Shown: positions 29,111 to 37,879 of the stretch, one piece after another | How positions within the stretch are numbered: position 1 is the stretch's first letter | Layout: the number at the start of each line of letters is the position of its first letter | Origin: Candidatus Levybacteria bacterium RIFCSPHIGHO2_01_FULL_37_17 | GTDB taxonomy: Bacteria; Patescibacteriota; Microgenomatia; Levybacterales; UBA12049 | Direction: 5' to 3' | Assembly: GCA_001782035.1 (NCBI GenBank) | Contig: MFNL01000001.1 | Location: 2,643-66,642, forward strand | DNA length: 64,000 nt | Made by a program: the position numbers and the translations under genes | The notes under the pieces: generated by a model | Told to the model about the DNA's origin: nothing | The model's database searches: none | What the model saw: only the letters and a program-made list of their open reading frames with translations

Positions 29111-30323
29111 AAAACTTCATTAGGGAATCTTCCTTATATTCATCCCTCTTTGATGCTATTTCTAATGCTTTTTTAGCTTCCTGAGGGGTTCCAACACATT
29201 CAAACGGCTTAAAACCAGAAACTCCAATTGTTTCTTTAAGAAGAGGCAAAAGCTTCTCGTCCTCAAATAAATTTTTACCAAAAATTCCGATCAGCTCCTG
29301 CTTTGGAATAAAAGCCGAAAGTAGAATAAAAACAAATAAGCATTTTGGGCACTCACCACACCATCTTTTTCCCTTATTTCGATCATCGGAATTGATTTTA
29401 AAATTCCTGTTACAAGATGAAAACACGGTGAAATATTTATTATATTTTGAGAAAATTTCCGTTATTTCAAACTCATCTAGCTCTCTAAGATAGGACGAAT
29501 ACTCTACGTCTGGGGTTATAAATTTCTGCGAATAATCTTGGAATAAACGTTCGAATTCTTCTGATTTACTCCACTGGTGATTTATCTCCTCGCCTAAATA
29601 GTTTACGTTACCAAAGTTTGCGCTTTTTTCATTAGATACCACCACTTCTGAATAGTCGTAAAAAGCTGCAGCCATAATTCCCAAAAAAGCATAGATCGCA
29701 GATACGGGAACGTGACCATTATAGGTGTCTTGCCTCTGATTTAGTTCAAAAAGTTTAGTGTCTAATTCTGTTTTGATAACAATAGGAATCTTCCCTATAA
29801 TTTTTGCTATTTTTAATGGAATAGCGTGTTCTCCTATCATTAGGATATCAAACGGCTTTTCCATCTCTTTGAATTTTTCCGAAGTAACAATAGAGTCTTT
29901 TCCGCCACCCAACAGCACGAGAGACCGAGTTTTGCGCGGTATAGAGATAACGGAAGCGGCATTCACTTCATAAGGAAATTTAATAAGTCCTCTATAATCA
30001 ATCTTATTCTTGTAGAAAAACTCCCCAAGACCTTTTGTATAGACTTTATTCCAAAAGTCGGCCTGCTCTCGGTTTAAGCTATTTTTTTGAATTATGATTT
30101 GTTTTGGGCAATATAACTTCCAGTAGCTAATTCCCAATATCAAACTCAGATTATCAAAAATCTTTTTTAGAAACTGTTCTGGGATTTCTGCTTCTACTGA
30201 AGGGAAATAAATTTTTTCGACAAATTGATGACTTTCTTCTCCTTCAACTGAATAATCAAAGGAGGCTTGACCTTTCTCAAGGTCATATGTATAACCTTTG
30301 AATGTGAATTGAATGCTATTCAT
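29097..30323 (-). CDS. PP-loop (adenine nucleotide alpha-hydrolase superfamily) ATPase with C-terminal Cys cluster; function unknown
   Basis: LLGGGKDS PP-loop (SGGxDS-like) at ~aa 135, C-x17-CGECPKC cluster ~180 aa downstream (QueC-like spacing); 14-nt overlap with murD start. Confidence 0.5.
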   Translation of the reverse strand: MNSIQFTFKGYTYDLEKGQASFDYSVEGEESHQFVEKIYFPSVEAEIPEQFLKKIFDNLSLILGISYWKLYCPKQIIIQKNSLNREQADFWNKVYTKGLGEFFYKNKIDYRGLIKFPYEVNAASVISIPRKTRSLVLLGGGKDSIVTSEKFKEMEKPFDILMIGEHAIPLKIAKIIGKIPIVIKTELDTKLFELNQRQDTYNGHVPVSAIYAFLGIMAAAFYDYSEVVVSNEKSANFGNVNYLGEEINHQWSKSEEFERLFQDYSQKFITPDVEYSSYLRELDEFEITEIFSKYNKYFTVFSSCNRNFKINSDDRNKGKRWCGECPKCLFVFILLSAFIPKQELIGIFGKNLFEDEKLLPLLKETIGVSGFKPFECVGTPQEAKKALEIASKRDEYKEDSLMKFYERL

Positions 30324-30366
30324 TGAGGCTAATTATACTTATATTGAGGGCCTTAAGCAAGAAATG

Positions 30367-30438
30367 TACCAGGGGTGGGGATCGAACCCACGACCGCAGG
30401 GATATGAATCCTGTGCTCTACCACTGAGCTACCCTGGC
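30367..30438 (-). tRNA. tRNA-Met (anticodon CAU), elongator-like
   Basis: Cloverleaf read by eye: acceptor GCCAGGG/CCCTGGT (G1:U72), D-arm GCTCAGTGGTAGAGC, anticodon loop TTCATAT, T-arm GTGGGTTCGATCCCCAC; CCA not encoded. Confidence 0.75.
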
Positions 30439-30497
30439 GCGAGTCTATTTTAACAGTTGTTATAAACGAGGTCAAATGTTATAATTTATGCTCAACG

Positions 30498-30566
30498 CGC
30501 GGGGTAGTGTACAGTGCACGTGAGGCTCATAATCTCACAGGCTAGGCGCAACTCCTAGCCCCGCAA
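30498..30566 (+). tRNA. divergent initiator-like tRNA (anticodon CAU; C1xA72; noncanonical T- and D-loops); possibly functional tRNA-fMet or pseudogene
   Basis: Acceptor CGCGGGG...CCCCGCAA identical to E. coli tRNA-fMet ends, anticodon loop CTCATAA. T-loop is CGCAACT (no TTC) and the D-arm is 3 nt short; all four stems pair. Confidence 0.45.
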
Positions 30567-30571
30567 CAAAA

Positions 30572-31318
30572 TTACGGTTTTTGAGCTTGGAGCTTTGCAA
30601 TTGCCTGAAGCGTAAATCCATCCCCTGTTTCCGAAAGAAGCCTTGAATTAAAAAATTTTATTCCTTCCGGCTTTATTTTTTCATTAAGCTCTCTAATCTG
30701 TCCCTGCAGCTGCGGCGTAAATTTATATACATCTCTTCTTGAATCTTCTATAACTTTTTTGGTTCCATCTGGATTGACCTCGACTCTTTGACCTTTTCTT
30801 TTTAGTACTACCTCTTCGGATTTTACTTCCAATCCGAAAAACTTAACGCCCTCACCCTTTCTTGTATTTGCTACGAAAAATGCAGAATTAGGATTAACCC
30901 CTCTTCTGCCTATTGGTTTAATTCTTGAACCTAGGCTTTCTACACCCGTTTCCATTGCAAATTCCCTTTCTGCGGTATCTTGGTGTGATTCTTGAGGAAG
31001 AGAAAATCCCCTAGAAGCTTCTGTTGAAAGACCGCCCATTTTTTTTCTTTCCTGCCTAATGGTTCCAACGAATAACTCGCCGTCTAGCCAAAAGTAAGGA
31101 ATTGTGACAGATCCTCCGCCGTTTGGCTCTCTAATTGCCCATCCGTCGTATCCTTCCGGATTTTGACCATAAGAAACCTCAACGCCCATCCTGGCATTTT
31201 GTGATTTTAAAGCTGCAAGCTGTATTTCAGAGGTATTTCCTTCAAAATCTGTAGATGTTGCTTCCCAGCCTTGTTTTTCCCTATCAGGAACCGGCTGTAG
31301 AAAATCTTTTCCTTCCAT
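30572..31318 (-). CDS. NUDIX hydrolase-like protein
   Basis: GFSLPQESHQDTAEREFAMETGV fits Nudix box Gx5Ex7REUxEExGU with one deviation. Confidence 0.55.
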   Translation of the reverse strand: MEGKDFLQPVPDREKQGWEATSTDFEGNTSEIQLAALKSQNARMGVEVSYGQNPEGYDGWAIREPNGGGSVTIPYFWLDGELFVGTIRQERKKMGGLSTEASRGFSLPQESHQDTAEREFAMETGVESLGSRIKPIGRRGVNPNSAFFVANTRKGEGVKFFGLEVKSEEVVLKRKGQRVEVNPDGTKKVIEDSRRDVYKFTPQLQGQIRELNEKIKPEGIKFFNSRLLSETGDGFTLQAIAKLQAQKP

Positions 31319-31356
31319 ATCCTATAGCATAACAAGTCCTATATTACTTGTCAAGT

Positions 31357-31695
31357 TTAAAAGAAAAGGTTCAGCCACTGTTTCCAAAAAGGATCCTGTT
31401 TTTGAGGTTTTGCTTGGCTTTCACTTGGGATTAAATCAGGCGGAATAATGACATTTAGCTCCCCTTCTTTTACCCAAAAAAGCTTATTTCTTGCTTCTTC
31501 TTCCACAAATTGCTTCCTTTGAGCCAAGTCATATTCTGCCTTTAGTTTTGCATTTTTAGCTTTTTCTGCTTCAAGTTTTCTCTGGGCTTCTTTAACAACA
31601 TCCTGCTTTCCTAAAAGATCAAAAATCGACCCTACCAATCCGTTAATAATAAAGAGAAGGACTACAACAGCAATTAGGTAGGCAGCTTTTTTCAC
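31357..31695 (-). CDS. septum formation initiator (FtsB/DivIC-like) division protein
   Basis: N-terminal TM, coiled-coil (KLEAEKAKNAKLKAEYDLAQRK), then LFWVKEGE-type C-terminal motif. Confidence 0.55.
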   Translation of the reverse strand: MKKAAYLIAVVVLLFIINGLVGSIFDLLGKQDVVKEAQRKLEAEKAKNAKLKAEYDLAQRKQFVEEEARNKLFWVKEGELNVIIPPDLIPSESQAKPQKQDPFWKQWLNLFF

Positions 31696-31767
31696 AATAC
31701 TATAATAACATAACTTTAGAATTCCTAGTTGACTAACTGCAATTTACGTGATATTATAGGCCATTAG

Positions 31768-32628
31768 ATGAAACAAGTAAGCCTCCGCTCTGCCCTCGAG
31801 GAGTTTAAAAATTTTCTTAAAAACAACCAGAAAAGCAACTCAACAATAGTTGCATATGGTAAGGATATCGACCAGCTTTTAAGCTTTCTGGAAGGCCTGG
31901 GAAGGGCTGAAATAAGCCAAGTTAGCCGAGAGGATTTGGAAGGATTTTTAGCCAAACTTTCCAAGGAAGGATATACTCCAAAGTCAGTTTCCCGAAAAAT
32001 AAACTCAATTAGGACTTTTTATAGATTTCTTAAGGTTTCGGAATATATAGACGAGGACCCCTCGCTTTTAGTTTCCCACCCTAAATACGAGCTTGCACCG
32101 CCTAGAATTTTAACTCCAACAGAATATAGAGCATTGCGGGATGCTGCAAGATCGGACGGCCGAATGTTTGCAATAATCGAGCTTTTACTTCAAACGGGAA
32201 TTAGAATTGGAGAGCTTGCAAATTTAAGGCTATCTGACGTTGGAAAAGACACATTGCACATACTTCCCTTTGAAAAACACGAGGAAAGAACTATTGCTTT
32301 AAATAAAAGAGCTCAAGAAGCGTTGCAAAGATATATGACGTTGCGGCCAAAGGTGGTAGATGATCATTTGTTTGTTACCAAGAGCGGAAAGCCGTTTTTG
32401 ATTAGAAATATTAGAACCGCGGTAGAAAGATACTTTAGACTTGCAGAAATTCAAGCTGCAAAAGTTAATGATCTAAGGCATACTTTTGTAGCCCACCACT
32501 TAAAACACGGGGTCTCGCTGCAAGTATTGAGTAAAACGCTTGGCCACAAAAGGCTTTCTACAACCGAAAGATATCTTCAATACGTGCCCGAACGAGGCAA
32601 AGATACCTCGGTACTCACTGAACTTTAA
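31768..32628 (+). CDS. tyrosine recombinase XerC/XerD-like
   Basis: N-terminal SAM-like core-binding domain; catalytic R..HxxR..Y (LRHTFVAHHL...RLSTTERYLQY). Confidence 0.8.
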   Translation: MKQVSLRSALEEFKNFLKNNQKSNSTIVAYGKDIDQLLSFLEGLGRAEISQVSREDLEGFLAKLSKEGYTPKSVSRKINSIRTFYRFLKVSEYIDEDPSLLVSHPKYELAPPRILTPTEYRALRDAARSDGRMFAIIELLLQTGIRIGELANLRLSDVGKDTLHILPFEKHEERTIALNKRAQEALQRYMTLRPKVVDDHLFVTKSGKPFLIRNIRTAVERYFRLAEIQAAKVNDLRHTFVAHHLKHGVSLQVLSKTLGHKRLSTTERYLQYVPERGKDTSVLTEL

Positions 32629-33005
32629 TGACAGAACAAACATCAAAAACTCCGCGTATCGAATACTTACGTTCAGTTTTTGAATCAAATGTCCTCAGTA
32701 TAGATTTATCTGATCTAGTTGGAACAGTTGCTGATTCAATAATGGAAGAGGATTTAGAATCGCTTGAATTTGTCGCTACCAGAGCTAAAGAATGGTCCGA
32801 TCCATTTAAGGATGTACTAGGTAAACCTCAGGATCACGGATATGTAATTTATGAGGAGGACGATGTTTTTAAAAGCCACCTTATGGGAGTAATCCAAGGC
32901 ATAGGATTTGTCGCAGACAATGTTCTTCAGAAACTAAAATTGGGCGAGAGACCCATAAGACAGCAAACCTTTGGCTGGAATTATAGAGGCGAAGCGGTTA
33001 AATAA
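32628..33005 (+). CDS. hypothetical protein
   Basis: 125 aa; ATG overlaps xer stop as TAATG, implying coupling. Confidence 0.35.
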   Translation: MTEQTSKTPRIEYLRSVFESNVLSIDLSDLVGTVADSIMEEDLESLEFVATRAKEWSDPFKDVLGKPQDHGYVIYEEDDVFKSHLMGVIQGIGFVADNVLQKLKLGERPIRQQTFGWNYRGEAVK

Positions 33006-33006
33006 G

Positions 33007-33078
33007 TGCTCCCGCTTGGATTCGAACCAAGGACATCTACTTTATAAGAGTAGCGCTCTACCACTGAGCTACAGGAGC
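33007..33078 (-). tRNA. tRNA-Ile (anticodon UAU)
   Basis: Acceptor GCTCCTG/CGGGAGC, D-arm GCTCAGTGGTAGAGC, anticodon stem CTACT/AGTAG with loop CTTATAA, T-arm CTTGGTTCGAATCCAAG. Confidence 0.7.
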
Positions 33079-33093
33079 TTGTAACGTATTTTA

Positions 33094-35463
33094 TCAGAGG
33101 CGGGCGCGTTGGGCAATAATAGGCTCCAATTTATTTACAGGAACTCCATACTTTATTCTTGAAAGTTCTCTTATTAACTCTGCAACCCTGTTATTCTCTG
33201 CCTGTTTTTCCTTAGTCATATCTCTTGTTAAATCCATAGAAAAAGATGTAACAGGCTCGTTATTAACTATTGTTTTAACATAGGCATTATAAACATCAAC
33301 ATTTATTAAATCCGCCTCGGTAAAGGTAGGCTGGAATTCGTGCTGTAAATAATTAGCGTCCGTTACTCCGACTCTAAATGCAGCTAGTGTTCCAACATTT
33401 CCAAAAATTGCGTTTTTAACTTCCTCATCCATCTGCCCTATAAACTGGTTTGCAACTATTAAATTGAGCCTGTATTTTCTTGCTTCAGACAAAATCTGGG
33501 CAAAATCAGGGGTGGCAAAATTTTGAAACTCGTCTACGTAAAGGTAAAAATCACGCCTTTGGTCTTCCGGAACATCTTGCCTGCTCATTGCAGCAACTAA
33601 AATTTTGGGGACTAAAACTAGTCCTAAAAAGCTCGCATTTTCTTCGCCTATTTTTCCTTTTGACAAAGAAACGAGTAATATTTTACCTTCATCCATTGCT
33701 TTTCTAAAATCAAACGCGCTTTTGCTCTGCCCAATTATGTTTCTCATCATTTTGTTGGTAACAAATCGGCCGAATTTGGAGACAATATAGTCCAAGGTTT
33801 CCGATTTGTGGAAGTCTGAAGTTTGAGCAATCTGGTCTGTCCAGTAGCGCCGCACAATTGGATCGGCAACTTTAGGCAGAAGTTCTTGTACAAAAGACGA
33901 GTCGGTTAAGGCTCGGACTACTTCGATGAACGTGTTGCCCGGCTCGCTCATTACGGTTAACATTGCATTTCTTATAGCATGCTCAAAGCGGGGGCCTATT
34001 ATTCCGGTTTTGTTGGGATCATAAAGCTTATACATGAGTCCTACAATTGAGCTTACAATGTAGTGTTTTTCCTGCTCGGTTTGTGCCTCTAGCATGTTTA
34101 ATCCAAGCGGCATTTCGGTGTCTGAGGGATCAAACAAAATAACATCTTCCGCTCGCTCGGGGGGGATTAGGGGCAGCAGTTTATCAATAGTATCATGCGG
34201 GTCTATAAAGCAGACTCCTTCGCCATTTTTTATATCCTGCAAAATCATGTCTTTTAAAAACTCTGATTTCCCAGTTCCTGTTTTCCCTATTACATACATG
34301 TGTCTTCTTCTGTCGTCTTTTTGAATGTAAACGGGTTTTGCCATACCTCTGTAAGTGCTCATTCCAAGATAAAGGCCTTTGTCGGGAATTTGCACTGGAG
34401 CTGGCGCTTTTTTGGCATTTAGCCAGAAAATGTGGGGCGTCTGGATTGTCTTATTTGGGTAATGGTAGAGCCCGGCAAGCTCCTCACTTGTTAAAACGGA
34501 AAAGTTTCCGGTTGCAGGAAAGTAACGGTATATAAAATCAGTAATAAAGCTTCCTTTTAAAAATTGCTTTTGTTTTGTAAATTCATTAAATGATGCAAAC
34601 TGGTCAAACGCAGACTCCAAGTTATGCAAATGAGCCTCGGCTGCTTCCTTGGTAGACGAAGAAACAACAAGTCTTATTACTGTGTAAAACCCAGGTTTCC
34701 CGATTTTTTGCTCTACTGCTTCAAGCTCTTTTGGGTCTGATGAGTATTTTGCTGTTTCAGGATTTGATTCTCTTTTTTTTGTATCTGCAATGTAAGTACG
34801 GCCTAATTTGCTCCACTTTGAATCTGCTCCCGATATTAAAATCTGGATTGCCGCGCCTTCCCCCACGCTCATTTTTGCCAAAACCGAAGTAATTGAAGAG
34901 AGAGGATCCACAGCAAATTCTTTGTAAAATTTAAGTGGTTTATAATTGCTGTCCTTAAGCTTAAGAGTCTTATAGGCAACGCTTCCGGACTCTGAGAAAA
35001 TGTTGTACTCGTTGCCTAAAATATAGCCTTCCTTGGAATAGCGGGAAGTTGTTTCTTCAACTACTCTGATTTCAGCATCTGGGTATGAGGCATTTATCTG
35101 TTTTTCGACCATATCCTTGTATTTGTTGGGGGTGTAGATGAAAAAACGGATATCGCCGGGCATTCCTACAATTTCAAAAGAAATATGAGGCCTATACTTT
35201 AGAAATTGTAGCCTTCCGCTTGATTTTATTCCTGCAAAAGCGCTGAAAAGCTGCTCTGCCGCATCTATTTTTATTTCATTATCCCGAGGAAGCGCCACTT
35301 GAAGAAGCGTTGAGTCAAGGGAGTGTTTTTCCCGCTCTCTGTTTCGATACCAAATTGCCCAAATGTAAGCAAAGCCAGCCAAAGCTGCGGTTATCAAAGC
35401 AAGAGCTCCTGCAGTTATTACTAATGCAAATATCAAATTTGTAAGTGCGACTAAAGGATTCAT
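33094..35463 (-). CDS. membrane-anchored HerA/FtsK/VirD4(TraG)-superfamily P-loop ATPase
   Basis: N-terminal ~35-aa hydrophobic anchor, Walker A VIGKTGTGKSEF, Walker B FYLYVDEFQNF (DEF as in FtsK/VirD4), 789 aa. Confidence 0.55.
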   Translation of the reverse strand: MNPLVALTNLIFALVITAGALALITAALAGFAYIWAIWYRNREREKHSLDSTLLQVALPRDNEIKIDAAEQLFSAFAGIKSSGRLQFLKYRPHISFEIVGMPGDIRFFIYTPNKYKDMVEKQINASYPDAEIRVVEETTSRYSKEGYILGNEYNIFSESGSVAYKTLKLKDSNYKPLKFYKEFAVDPLSSITSVLAKMSVGEGAAIQILISGADSKWSKLGRTYIADTKKRESNPETAKYSSDPKELEAVEQKIGKPGFYTVIRLVVSSSTKEAAEAHLHNLESAFDQFASFNEFTKQKQFLKGSFITDFIYRYFPATGNFSVLTSEELAGLYHYPNKTIQTPHIFWLNAKKAPAPVQIPDKGLYLGMSTYRGMAKPVYIQKDDRRRHMYVIGKTGTGKSEFLKDMILQDIKNGEGVCFIDPHDTIDKLLPLIPPERAEDVILFDPSDTEMPLGLNMLEAQTEQEKHYIVSSIVGLMYKLYDPNKTGIIGPRFEHAIRNAMLTVMSEPGNTFIEVVRALTDSSFVQELLPKVADPIVRRYWTDQIAQTSDFHKSETLDYIVSKFGRFVTNKMMRNIIGQSKSAFDFRKAMDEGKILLVSLSKGKIGEENASFLGLVLVPKILVAAMSRQDVPEDQRRDFYLYVDEFQNFATPDFAQILSEARKYRLNLIVANQFIGQMDEEVKNAIFGNVGTLAAFRVGVTDANYLQHEFQPTFTEADLINVDVYNAYVKTIVNNEPVTSFSMDLTRDMTKEKQAENNRVAELIRELSRIKYGVPVNKLEPIIAQRARL

Positions 35464-35966
35464 TGAGTAAGTGTTTTTTTAGGTTTGAATAAATTCATGA
35501 ACTGGTAAATTTTGTGGACTAAAGTGGCTAAAAAAGCTTTCGATGGAGCTGTATAAACTCCCTCGTCTCCATGTTCTTTTACATCCAGATTTACTTGTTT
35601 TTGTGACTCTTTCATAATCCTTTGTGCTTCCTCGTCACTCATTGGAAGAGTAACGTTTGCTCCAGTATCTGCTCTTAAGGGAATTTCTGAGGGGGCGTGT
35701 TTTACTCCGATTTGATCGTGTTTCTCATCAAGCTCTGCCTGCTCGGTATGGGATTTTATTCCAATATCTTTTAGCTCTTGCTCCACGCTTGGTGCGGTTT
35801 CGGAAGAGACAGACTGCTGAATGTAATCGGAAACCGGTCTTTCCACTTCTTTAGCAGTACTCGAAACTGGATAGGATTGTTGAACTTGTGGCTGAACCTG
35901 CGTATTCTGATCAGCAGTGTTATCTTGAGAGCTATTTATCTGTTGTTTTATTTTTGAATCATCCAT
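35460..35966 (-). CDS. acidic, Gln-rich low-complexity protein
   Basis: 168 aa, QVQPQVQQ and D/E-rich; stop overlaps the ATPase start by 4 nt. Confidence 0.35.
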   Translation of the reverse strand: MDDSKIKQQINSSQDNTADQNTQVQPQVQQSYPVSSTAKEVERPVSDYIQQSVSSETAPSVEQELKDIGIKSHTEQAELDEKHDQIGVKHAPSEIPLRADTGANVTLPMSDEEAQRIMKESQKQVNLDVKEHGDEGVYTAPSKAFLATLVHKIYQFMNLFKPKKTLTQ

Positions 35967-36023
35967 TTGAATTTATTCTATCACAAAAATGGGGGTGGTC
36001 TTTATAAAAACTTTACAAAATGA

Positions 36024-36164
36024 CTAGGCTTTGGAGCTTCCGCAAACCGGACAATTTGTAAGCTTACCACTTGCAACGAGCTCGTATTCCAAATTATCTG
36101 GTTCCCACCCGCAATTTCTGCACTTAATTTTATAACAAATTTCGCAAGTTTTCTCTTTTTCCAT
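36024..36164 (-). CDS. 46-aa zinc-ribbon protein (below track cutoff)
   Basis: MEKEKTCEICYKIKCRNCGW...CPVCGSSKA: CxxC-x4-CxxC...CxxC. Starts 2 nt after the stop of the 388-aa gene. Confidence 0.35.
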   Translation of the reverse strand: MEKEKTCEICYKIKCRNCGWEPDNLEYELVASGKLTNCPVCGSSKA

Positions 36165-36165
36165 A

Positions 36166-37332
36166 TTAATTTAGTTTAGAATAAGGCGCGCTCTTTTTAC
36201 AATTAGGACAACTTATTGTACCGCCTCCAATTTCTGCCTCAACCTGTTTATTACAAAATGGGCATGTACAGCAAAGCTTGGTTTGCTCAATATCTTTTTT
36301 TTGACCAAACTGGCCGACGCTGTATGGAGCGCCTATTGTCTCTACTCCACCCATCATATTGAATCCCCCGGAAATACCAGGACATGGCCCGTTAGCGATT
36401 CTAGGCGTAATAAGGCCGATAATCATCGCTCTTTTTTCTACGTCTTCTCTTGATGAGAATGATGCCCATTTAATTAAGTTTTGTAATTCTTTTGTATCTC
36501 CACTTAATACAACGGCTAAAGCGTTATCAGATTCATTTAAAACCGCATTGTACTTTACCCTGTGGGTGAAAAAATCATAAGGATTTTCAACAAGAGAGTT
36601 AATATAGCTAGATATTACAGGCGCAATAATTCTATTTATAATTTCGAGTTTCTCTTTTTCTAAGGCATTAACTCCTTTATTTAAATACTTTTGAACATCG
36701 TCCGAAGTCTCGAAAACATCAGCTTCAATTGGGTTTTTCAGGAAATCTGAGGCTGTTTTATGTCCTTCGCAATCGGAAAACGGCTTTAGTTTTTCTTTGT
36801 ACTCCTCAAGCGTGAGTGTAGAGAGATATCTGTTTAGCTCGATAAATCTTCTACCATCTTCACCTACTTTTAGCTCGTAAACGTCAAAAAAATTATTTGT
36901 ATAATCGGAGCCCTCTTCGCCTTTTGATGAGACCGATATTCTTTTTGCTCCAGGTTTTGCTTCCTTTTTTGTTAGTTCCTTTTGGATTAATATAGCACCC
37001 GACAGCTCTGCTTCTTCTCTCTCAAAATCTAAGGGGTTTCCATATTCCTTCCTGTATTCAACTCCTGTTCTTATCATCTCTTCCATTGACTGATCCAAGC
37101 CCTTTGCGACCATTGTGTCTTCAACAATTTCAAAGCGGGTGGTCGATTTAATTACTTCTACACGCTCCCCGACATACGCTTCTAACTGTCTTCTTGTATA
37201 AGACTTAAGCTTTTCCCGCTCCGATGGAGGAAGCAAATGATAGCTCTTATAGTCTCTTTCATCAAAAGATGGATTGTAGACTAACCTTCTTTCTTCCCCA
37301 AAATTTGGCTTATATGCTCTTCTTTCTATCAT
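36166..37332 (-). CDS. hypothetical protein with C-terminal zinc ribbon
   Basis: 388 aa, soluble, C-terminus CCTCPFCNKQVEAEIGGGTISCPNCKK; 4-nt overlap with upstream PduO-type gene. Confidence 0.45.
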   Translation of the reverse strand: MIERRAYKPNFGEERRLVYNPSFDERDYKSYHLLPPSEREKLKSYTRRQLEAYVGERVEVIKSTTRFEIVEDTMVAKGLDQSMEEMIRTGVEYRKEYGNPLDFEREEAELSGAILIQKELTKKEAKPGAKRISVSSKGEEGSDYTNNFFDVYELKVGEDGRRFIELNRYLSTLTLEEYKEKLKPFSDCEGHKTASDFLKNPIEADVFETSDDVQKYLNKGVNALEKEKLEIINRIIAPVISSYINSLVENPYDFFTHRVKYNAVLNESDNALAVVLSGDTKELQNLIKWASFSSREDVEKRAMIIGLITPRIANGPCPGISGGFNMMGGVETIGAPYSVGQFGQKKDIEQTKLCCTCPFCNKQVEAEIGGGTISCPNCKKSAPYSKLN

Positions 37333-37874
37333 CTGCTTCTCCAGATAACTTCTTTTTTCTTCTCTTTTTTGTTAACAAGTCTTGCATACACGAACAGAAG
37401 ATCGGAGAGTCTATTTAGATAAATCAATATATCTTTGTTAACGCTTTCCTTTTCACTTAAGGCAACCACTCTTCTTTCTGCTCTTCTTGCTAATGTTCTT
37501 GCAAAATGAAGTTTTGAGCCTGATTTTGACCCAGAAGGAAGAATGAAGTTCTCAAGAACTGGCAGTTTTTTTGATAATGCGTCTATCTCTTGTTCAAAAC
37601 TCTGAACACGAGAAGTTAAAAAATCTGATAGTTTCGTATCTTTATTTTTAGCAATAGATGAAACTGCAGAGCCGATTTCAAACAAATCATTTTGAATACT
37701 AGTCAGCCTTAATCTTAATTTCTTGTCTCTAAGATCGGAAATAACAACTCCTAAGAAACTATTCAACTCATCTATTGTTCCGTATGCTTCTACCCGCAGT
37801 GATGCCTTGGAGACCGTTTTCCCTCCGTATAATGAAGTTTTTCCTTTATCCCCAAACTTTGTATATATAGACAT
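37329..37874 (-). CDS. ATP:cob(I)alamin adenosyltransferase, PduO/MMAB type
   Basis: MSIYTKFGDKGKTSL...RVEAYGTIDELNSFLG matches the PduO-type N-terminal signature; strong SD GAGGAG 7 nt upstream. Confidence 0.8.
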   Translation of the reverse strand: MSIYTKFGDKGKTSLYGGKTVSKASLRVEAYGTIDELNSFLGVVISDLRDKKLRLRLTSIQNDLFEIGSAVSSIAKNKDTKLSDFLTSRVQSFEQEIDALSKKLPVLENFILPSGSKSGSKLHFARTLARRAERRVVALSEKESVNKDILIYLNRLSDLLFVYARLVNKKEKKKEVIWRSR

Positions 37875-37879
37875 AAAAA

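Noticed and set aside
31768-33078. Integrase-next-to-tRNA pattern suggesting a genomic island (Xer-like recombinase, small ORF, tRNA-Ile)
   Set aside because: The recombinase has the full XerC/D architecture expected for chromosome dimer resolution. Flanking genes (FtsB-like, NUDIX, tRNAs) are housekeeping. No direct repeat of the tRNA 3' end was seen to the left.
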